A stretch of 64,000 nucleotides of DNA from an uncultured Collinsella sp. Its GTDB lineage: Bacteria > Actinomycetota > Coriobacteriia > Coriobacteriales > Coriobacteriaceae. Shown here piece by piece: positions 59,201 through 64,000 of the stretch. Location of the stretch: positions 13,413 to 77,412 of the forward strand of contig UQZI01000001.1 in the NCBI GenBank assembly GCA_900545555.1, written 5' to 3'. The translations under genes were made by a program, and so were the position numbers. Positions within the stretch are counted from its first letter, which is position 1. Every line of letters begins with the position of its first letter. Below the pieces are notes generated by a model. The model did no database searches, was not told the DNA's origin, and saw only the letters and a program-made list of their open reading frames with translations.

Positions 59201-59591
59201 TGACAAGTTTGAGTACGGCGAGCCCGGTACGCACGTCTACACCATCAGCGAGGTCAAGGGCGACGAGGCCGGTATGACCTACGACAAGTCCGTCTTTACC
59301 GCGACCGTCAACGTGGTCGATGACGGCGGGGGCAACCTCAAGGCGAACGTCGCCTTTACCAAGGGCGACAAGAGCGTCGAGGGTATCGTGTTCAACAACA
59401 CGTACAAGAAGCCCGAGACGCCCGTGCCGACGCCCAATCCCGGCACGCCCAAGACCGTGACGAACATCGTCAAGACGGTCAAGGGTTTCCTGCCCACCAC
59501 GGGTGACCAGCAGGCTGCCGCTCTGCTTATGGCATTCGTCATCGCCATGGCCGGCGTCGGAGCCCTGGTCTGGGGTATCCGTAAGCGCTAG
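53253..59591 (+). CDS. Sortase-anchored adhesin: vWA domain plus tandem FctA/Spy0128-like pilin domains
   Basis: Signal peptide, MIDAS-type DASGSM and VFFTDG, about ten repeats of K.L.GR....EF.F.L...F.N.Y, then LPTTG, a TM helix and RKR. Confidence 0.88.
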   Translation: MSKYTRGLLAVILAVVLVLPAAAFAMLPEANARSSTGMDGPTVSGTVVDPDTSGRWEIWAAGHNGNKVTTQNVGRIWTDKTVKKAGENEASDFVTTLSAMSSTSNSTVTVTTPLDIVMVLDASGSMDDPMGGRDSTKRIDALKSAANSFINTIAKQNEAVEGVNRQHRVAIVKFAGKKSNDIGNNMYRDGGYSYNYTQVMKELTYCSGSNADDLKKNTINQIQPAGATRADYGLELAEGITITSGRKDAKKIIVFFTDGTPTKQNKFDAGVANAAVTAAKNMKDGKATVYTIGIFGGANPGAGIQDLGTDEANKANKFMQAVSSNYPNATAWDTHGTRAENSDYYKSATNAEELKKVFDDISQAITSEPPYPTEIHKGYDETKSGYITFTDELGDFMQVDGFTEVVINGTSFTKASKTVNEETNTDTYEFTDKAKDLLITVQHAGDDNPQKGDIVTVNIPASLIPLSHFKTVDGKLSVDSVKPIQVKYASSVKSAALDNLFTPEKVAGLKNYIEHNTTVDDGAKTVSFYANKWSGGALGDTVATFEPADTNRYYYFQKQTPIYTDKECTQPAKNSLADTGTYYYKDKFEEQGENGEAKPATAVIEFIGGDAAKFDGAIVPDENGNLVFTVGTARLAFIDELHTTKESVGGNKTDTATDVLNPKWNNISAKATATHVNSYLGNNGKISYKYDMTPVTVDTKDTKAGFDLTKVLEGRDWTKEDTFEFGLTSENGAPIPESATAPVTASVTKDDLDDKGKAVIDFGTIKYTEPGTYVYRVSEKNAGTTVDGIAYSKNVAEVTVTVTPNKRGELSAAVKVTWSEADETEFKNVYTAEPVESSVTDKIDVTKSLTGRDLTVGEFSFELREIKDEDSELIETVKNAADGKVTFSAIKYTEIGQHTYKLHEVKGNAGGIDYDDAVYTIVTTIADNGKGQLVATHELKDAKDVKSIEFKNAYTTNATEASLAGIKNLQVDDALTPADITGKFTFTVTGEEGAPMPASTSVHNEVDGKVDFGKITFTLDDLNKALGEKPEKREHTFTYTVTESGEVAGVTNDAKPSRTVSFTVTDDGEGNLRVSRKPDGNVAFTFTNTYGVTSVETRVTDQITAKKSLSGRDLKAGEFSFELVEGEDKNAKVVATGKNAADGKITMNAVKYDKPGKHTYTLREVNGGTTSKGITYSDAKFTIETTITDNGDGTLKAEHVLKGTEPAEFKNSYNVTPLDAELDFDLSKAIDGREWTDGDEFSFTITAPDGAPLPDPATVTVSKYDAKDGIAAIKFGKIRYTATGTYKYEIRENAGSTVGMTYDAHVATAEVTVTENGEGKLTANVTKKENGRFTNTYRTELNYTAVGGLKLSKSLSGRPMTEGQFTFTVTPADEASANALGLLPGANNFKSPATAEATVGLIDILAGHEVKFTQADAGKTFTYTVAEKNDGKPGYTYDDAVRTVTIAVADDGAGTLTATTTVSGGPEGTHTTVHKSGENKVESALVPFHNSYSATTNTPGGTAAQVVATKTLTGRPMADGEFWFGIAYQGELVGYENLKPNIGGHVSFDALHYDTEMLANLEAAGLAHRTDKDGKLAWTINYTAYEDLFGLPNGVSATTWSFGFKVIVVDNGDGTLTATVDYGGVEPLFENVYGAEAVDAALTGTKKLQAAEGLTPADITGKFTFTVTADEAGAPMPERTTATNDAAGNVDFGKIHFTLEDLNRALGVTDDATDKAEADEADEAEADEAEAEEADTDANADEPSDEPEPAAPTAPRSHTFTYTVTESGSAPGVTNDTNATRKVSYTVTDDGAGHLSVVHEGDDGAAFTFTNTYSVTPTDSVVTDQVKTVKRLTGRDLAVGEFTFELLEDGVVVASGANDVNGNVTLSPIRYEAPGTHTYTLREACPNALGLYKGVTYDGTTYTVVTTVSDNGDGTLTATHKLEGTTESAGFTNKYHATPTQVSIGAIKVLEGRELKKDEFSFKLVGEDVESTVTNDADGKINFDKFEYGEPGTHVYTISEVKGDEAGMTYDKSVFTATVNVVDDGGGNLKANVAFTKGDKSVEGIVFNNTYKKPETPVPTPNPGTPKTVTNIVKTVKGFLPTTGDQQAAALLMAFVIAMAGVGALVWGIRKR

Positions 59592-59733
59592 GCACGCTGG
59601 CAGCGCCCGGGGCCAAAAGGCCCCAGGCGGCCGGCGGGAAGCCAGAACATAGCCCCCACCCCCACCCCCAGCCGCCACGGAGACGTCTCCCTTCTCCGTG
59701 GCGGCACTTTTGTGCGCAGGGGAGGAAGGGCCG

Positions 59734-59891
59734 CCACGAAATCGGCCCATCTACTACGTTTATCCCCTTACCCCCAACCATGCCAAAAAACGCGAAAACA
59801 AAACCGCAGGTAGAACGCCTGCGGTTTTGTTCAAAACGAAGGCATGGTCAGGGGTATCGAGTCAAACGTAGTAGATGGGCCGATTTCGTGG
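59734..59891 (+). repeat. 158-bp element, family B (copy 2)
   Basis: CCACGAAATCGGCCCATCTACTACGTTT and its perfect reverse complement; core AAAACCGCAGG-TAGAACG-CCTGCGGTTTT. Confidence 0.85.
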
Positions 59892-59902
59892 TTGGCGCCG
59901 CC

Positions 59903-59939
59903 AAATGATCCCCCGGGGACGGAGGAAAACGGATCATTT
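59903..59939 (+). repeat. GGGACRG-loop hairpin (TGATC-stem subtype)
   Basis: AAATGATCC-CCCGGGGACGGAGGAAAAC-GGATCATTT. Confidence 0.75.
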
Positions 59940-59985
59940 TTGGCCCCACGCGGCTGGTGGATGCGTTCGCGCAGGACCGTTCAAA

Positions 59986-60139
59986 CAAAACTATGCCGGT
60001 TTACGGGGCTGAGTCACGAGTCCCCAACCATGCCGATATTCGTGAAAATAAAACTGCAGGTAGACGAGCCGTCATTTTGCAGAAAACGCGGGTATGGATG
60101 GGGGTCCTGAGTTTAGCCCCGTAAACCGGCTTAGTTTTG
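59986..60139 (+). repeat. 154-bp element, family A (copy 3)
   Basis: CAAAACTATGCCGGTTTACGGGGCT ... AGCCCCGTAAACCGGCTTAGTTTTG with core AAAACTGCAGGTAGA. Confidence 0.85.
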
Positions 60140-60199
60140 AAATGGCATTAAATCGATGGCAGCCATTTTGCTATGCCAAAGCGGTCGGCCGTTGGGTAA

Positions 60200-60829
60200 T
60201 TACCCTCGCAGGTAGGCGATGGCGATTTGCGTACGGTTGCGCAGGCCCATTTTGGCCAGGATCGAGCTGATGTGGTTGCGCACCGTGCCTTCTCCCATAT
60301 AAGCCGTGGCGGCAATCTCCTTGTTATCGAGGCCGCGGGCGATGAGCTCGGCGACTTCGAACTCGCGGTCGGTCAGACCGGCAAAGGCCGCGGGCCGGCG
60401 AGTCGCACCGGCCTCAGCGTTCGCCCCATCAAAATCGACATCTTCGATCGCCTTGCCCTCGAGCACGCGTTTGCCATCCATGACCTGCGCCAACGCTGGC
60501 GGAATGGCGGCGACATCGGTCTTGATCAGGTAACCGCGGGCGCCCAGCTTGAGCGCCGACACAATGTACTCGTCATCCGAGAATGTCGTCAGAAACACCA
60601 CGCGTGCCGCGGGGTCGTGCTCAAGGATCTCGCGCGCCGCCGAAAGGCCGTCGCGCCCCGGCATCTGAATGTCGAGCAGCGCGATATCGGGTGCGAGTTC
60701 GGCGTAGAGTGCCACCGCGTCGTTGCCGTCGGCTCCGGTGCCCACTACCTCGATCTGCGTTTGGGCGCCCAGGATAATCTTGAGCGAATCGACCACTAGG
60801 CGGTCGTCGTCGACAACGATGAGCCTCAT
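60200..60829 (-). CDS. NarL/LuxR-family response regulator
   Basis: VVDDD, LLDIQMP, LTTF, GYLIK and a C-terminal LTDREFEV...GLDNKEIA...GTVRNH HTH. Confidence 0.95.
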   Translation of the reverse strand: MRLIVVDDDRLVVDSLKIILGAQTQIEVVGTGADGNDAVALYAELAPDIALLDIQMPGRDGLSAAREILEHDPAARVVFLTTFSDDEYIVSALKLGARGYLIKTDVAAIPPALAQVMDGKRVLEGKAIEDVDFDGANAEAGATRRPAAFAGLTDREFEVAELIARGLDNKEIAATAYMGEGTVRNHISSILAKMGLRNRTQIAIAYLRG

Positions 60830-61971
60830 CGGCCCTCATCTCCTTGCTGTTTGGGAACGGTGGCGAACACACGCCAGCCGCCGGCACCGGCGCGCGGACC
60901 GGCGGTGAAGGTGCCGCCAAGCGCCTCGACGCGCTCGCGCATGGAGCCGAGCCCCATGCCTTCTGCGACGTTGCTGCTGCTCGCCGGGGTCGCGTCCGCG
61001 CCATTATCGGTAACGATGAGCTGGTAAAACGACGGATGCTCCATGCACCGCACGGTAACGGCATTGGCATGGGCGTGGCGCATGGCGTTGGAAAGCGCCT
61101 CGCGAAGGACCGCCGCAAAGCAGTTGGCGACATTTGCGGGCGCATGTTCGGTCATAACTTCAAGCTCAATCTGCGGGCCGCCGTCCGAGCGCGCGCCTTC
61201 AACAATGCGTTCGAGCTGCACGGAAAGGTCGACAGCGTTGTCGTTGAGCGCATGGACGCTAGTACGCACAAGTTGGAGCGCCTCGTCAACCGTGCGTTTG
61301 ACGTCGGCGAAATCGGCGGCGACGCCGGGCTCGTCGGCGTGGATCACGCGCAGGGCTTCGGCTTGTAGCGAGGCACGCGTGAGCTGGTGTCCGACGTTAT
61401 CGTGGATCTCGCGCGCGATGCGGGCGCGTTCGGCGAGCGTCGCGAGCTCGACTTCGTAGTCCTGGCGGTCGGCAAGATCGCGGTTGCGCGCTTCGAGCGC
61501 GAGGGCTCGTTCCTGCAGCTCGTCGCGGGTACGGCGCATGCGTTCCTGTTCGCGCTCCAGCTGCGCGGTGCGCAGTGACAGCAACGTGGCGGCGACCGAA
61601 AGAATGGCGGTTAGCAGCAGCGTTCGGGTGGTGAGCGCGCCGCCGCGAAGGTCCGCGACGAGCGCACAGGCAAAGACAGCACCGACACCCAACGCGATCC
61701 AGGCGTGCTCACGGCGCACGCGCCGCGCGATGTCATAGAGGGCGAGAGGCGCAAACGGCATAAACGGCGGCACGAAGACAGCCGCGATGATGTAAGCGTA
61801 GCTCACGGCCTCGCTCGCACGGCGGGCGCGATTTCCCTGTGCGACCTCGGCCAGTGAGGTGGCAATAACGCCCAGGCAAAACGCCGCGACTAAGCGAGCG
61901 TCCACAGCAAGGCCTGTGGCGGCTGCGATGCAGCACGCCAGCACAATCGATTTGTCGAAAAGCCTGTTCAT
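60826..61971 (-). CDS. Membrane sensor histidine kinase (HisKA_3 type)
   Basis: N-terminal TM helices with ERARIAREIHDNVGHQL, REALSNAMRH, DNG and GMGLGSMRER motifs; ATGA overlap with the regulator. Confidence 0.93.
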   Translation of the reverse strand: MNRLFDKSIVLACCIAAATGLAVDARLVAAFCLGVIATSLAEVAQGNRARRASEAVSYAYIIAAVFVPPFMPFAPLALYDIARRVRREHAWIALGVGAVFACALVADLRGGALTTRTLLLTAILSVAATLLSLRTAQLEREQERMRRTRDELQERALALEARNRDLADRQDYEVELATLAERARIAREIHDNVGHQLTRASLQAEALRVIHADEPGVAADFADVKRTVDEALQLVRTSVHALNDNAVDLSVQLERIVEGARSDGGPQIELEVMTEHAPANVANCFAAVLREALSNAMRHAHANAVTVRCMEHPSFYQLIVTDNGADATPASSSNVAEGMGLGSMRERVEALGGTFTAGPRAGAGGWRVFATVPKQQGDEGR

Positions 61972-62170
61972 ACGGGTATTGTACGCGATGCCGCGCGTGG
62001 TGGAGGGGCCGCCTGCGCAACCGTGACATTTCTCCCGCGCGGCAAAGCGGGGGCGTCGGCAGGCCGTACGACCAAGACCTCCGCACTCGTGACAAAGCTC
62101 ACTGGTGCGCGCCGCCCGCTCCTGCGATGATGCAATCGTACCGGGCCACGACCAACAGAAGGGCCGCCTC

Positions 62171-63109
62171 ATGACAGACATCGTCCACGTCGAAAACCTC
62201 GTCAAGCGCTACGACGATCTTATTGCGCTCGACCACTTTAACCTGAACATCGCCCCCGGCGAGATTTTTGGCCTGCTGGGCCCCAACGGCTCGGGCAAGA
62301 CCACGTCCATCAACTGCATCCTGCAGCTGCTCGCCTACGACAAGGGCACCATCGAGCTGTTCGGCGAGCGCATGACGCCCGCCCGCTACGACCTCAAGCG
62401 CCGCATCGGTGTGGTGCCGCAGCAGGTGGCGGTGTTCGACGAGCTCACCGTGCGCGAGAACATCGACTATTTCTGCAGTCTCTACGTCAACGACCGCAAG
62501 CGCCGCCGCGCGCTGGTGGACGAGGCGATCGACTTTGTCGGCCTGGGCGACTTTACCAAGTTCCGCCCCGGCAAGCTCTCGGGCGGCCTGACGCGTCGTC
62601 TCAACATTGCCTGCGGCATCGCGCACAAGCCCGAGCTCATCTTTTTTGACGAACCCACGGTGGCGGTCGACCCGCAAAGCCGCAACGCCATCCTGGAGGG
62701 CATCTGCCGCCTGCGCGACGAGGGCGCCACGGTGGTGTATACCAGCCATTACATGGAGGAAGTCGAGCAGATCTGCAGCCGCATCATGATCATGGACGGC
62801 GGCCGCGTGCTGGCGCAGGGCACTAACGACGAGCTCAAGCGCATGATTCAGATGGGCGAGAAGATTGTAATCGAGGTCGGCGAGGTTCCGAGTGCGGCGC
62901 TCGGTGCCGTCGCAAGCCTGCCGCACGTTCTGGACCTTTCGGCAACGGCGGGACAGCTCACGTTTTCGTGCGAAGCGAGCCCGCACAACCTGACGGACAT
63001 TCTCGATGCGCTGCGCTCGCATGACGTGCCGCTCGGCCGCATCTATTCCGAACCGCCGACCCTCAACGACGTGTTCCTCGAGATCACCGGCCGCGAGCTG
63101 CGCGACTAG
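62171..63109 (+). CDS. ABC exporter ATP-binding protein (YfiL/LnrL-like)
   Basis: GPNGSGKT, LSGGLTRR, FDEPTVAVDPQSR, YTSHYMEE and C-terminal PTLNDVFLEITGRELRD. Confidence 0.92.
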   Translation: MTDIVHVENLVKRYDDLIALDHFNLNIAPGEIFGLLGPNGSGKTTSINCILQLLAYDKGTIELFGERMTPARYDLKRRIGVVPQQVAVFDELTVRENIDYFCSLYVNDRKRRRALVDEAIDFVGLGDFTKFRPGKLSGGLTRRLNIACGIAHKPELIFFDEPTVAVDPQSRNAILEGICRLRDEGATVVYTSHYMEEVEQICSRIMIMDGGRVLAQGTNDELKRMIQMGEKIVIEVGEVPSAALGAVASLPHVLDLSATAGQLTFSCEASPHNLTDILDALRSHDVPLGRIYSEPPTLNDVFLEITGRELRD

Positions 63110-63118
63110 GGGGCGGCC

Positions 63119-64000
63119 ATGTTCAACACCATCATCACCACGGTCAAGACGCTGCTGCGCCGGCCGAGCACGTGGGTCTGGGGCGCTCTCTTTCCTATCG
63201 CGCTTTCCACGATGTTCATGTTTATGTTTGCGAACCTCAGCTCCGACGGCACGGTCGACCCGGTGCCGGTTGCCGTCGTGGCGGACGAGGCCTGGGATGC
63301 CTCGACCTTTAAGGATGTGGCAGCTTCGCTTGCCAAGGCAGGCGACGATCAGCTGCTCGATGTGAGCGAGTACGAAGACTTGGCTGTCGCGCGCAAAGCG
63401 CTCAAGGCCGGCGAGGTCGCGGGCATCTATACGGTTGATGCCGCGGGCACGCCCAGGCTCACGCTGCTGTCGAGTTACGACAGCTCGCGCGCCTCGTCGG
63501 TGCTCACCGACCGCAGCATCCTTGAAACGGTGGCAAGCTCGTATACGCAAAATGTCGAGCTCATGCGCCAGATTGCCCAGGACAACCCGGCGGTGCTCGC
63601 CGATCCGGCGGCGGTTGCGCACGCCCTGTCGCTCGAGGGCGGAACCCGCCGCGTGAGCCTGACTCGTGCCACGCCCGATGGCACGGTCATCTACTACTAC
63701 GCGCTCTTTGGCCTGGTCGCGATGATGTCTGCCGAGTTTGCCGCCTTGAGCGTCGTCGATTTGCAGCCTAATCTGTCGGGCCTTGGCGCGCGCCGCTGCG
63801 TGGGCGGTCTTTCCAAGACGGCGTCGCTGGCCGGCATTTTTGTCGGCTCGTGGCTGGTTTCCTTTGCATCGATGGCGGTTGCGATCGGCTACGTGCGCCT
63901 GGTCGTGGGCGTCGACTTTGGCGGGCGCGAGGGGTTGTGCCTGCTGGGCGGGGCTGCATCCGCGCTTGCCGCCACGGGCCTGGGGCTTTTTGTGGGCACG
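63119..64000 (+). CDS. ABC-2 type exporter permease, 3'-truncated by window edge
   Basis: ORF from ATG 63119 (MFNTIITTVKTLLRRPSTWVWGALFPIALSTMF...) is open to the end of the window. It shows a TM helix, an extracellular loop, then YYYALFG and further TMs. Confidence 0.85.
   Translation, partial: MFNTIITTVKTLLRRPSTWVWGALFPIALSTMFMFMFANLSSDGTVDPVPVAVVADEAWDASTFKDVAASLAKAGDDQLLDVSEYEDLAVARKALKAGEVAGIYTVDAAGTPRLTLLSSYDSSRASSVLTDRSILETVASSYTQNVELMRQIAQDNPAVLADPAAVAHALSLEGGTRRVSLTRATPDGTVIYYYALFGLVAMMSAEFAALSVVDLQPNLSGLGARRCVGGLSKTASLAGIFVGSWLVSFASMAVAIGYVRLVVGVDFGGREGLCLLGGAASALAATGLGLFVGT

Overview
GC-rich chromosomal window from a Gram-positive anaerobe. Gene content and sortase-anchored proteins suggest Coriobacteriia, probably Collinsella-like; this assignment is inference. 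Housekeeping genes: carAB, purE, purFMN, pth, prs, glmU, xth, a Sir2 deacylase, coaX, an initiator tRNA-Met, an amino-acid ABC transporter and an ECF transporter. Gut-adaptation and energy genes: a 2137-aa cell-wall-anchored GH31 (Nag31-like) glycosidase, a class B-type sortase, an NfnAB-type transhydrogenase, an HGDR-motif flavin oxidoreductase (bilirubin reductase BilR-like), an Ech-type [NiFe] hydrogenase operon with fused EchA-EchB, and a 2112-aa vWA/pilin-repeat adhesin. A two-component system and an ABC exporter lie at the right end. No CRISPR-cas, prophage or complete IS was seen. The least explained signal is non-coding: several families of palindromic elements with strictly conserved geometry. 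(i) About a dozen hairpins have unrelated stems but a GGGACRG motif fixed on the dyad axis. (ii) Two arrays each hold three 55-bp units (15-bp inverted repeats around 25-bp variable spacers, 80-81-bp period). (iii) Elements of 154 bp and 158 bp share a GTAG-containing core but have different terminal inverted repeats. (iv) One similar element appears to sit in-frame inside an ABC ATPase gene. No cognate transposase is encoded in the window. All calls are from reading the sequence and recognising motifs; no database searches were run.
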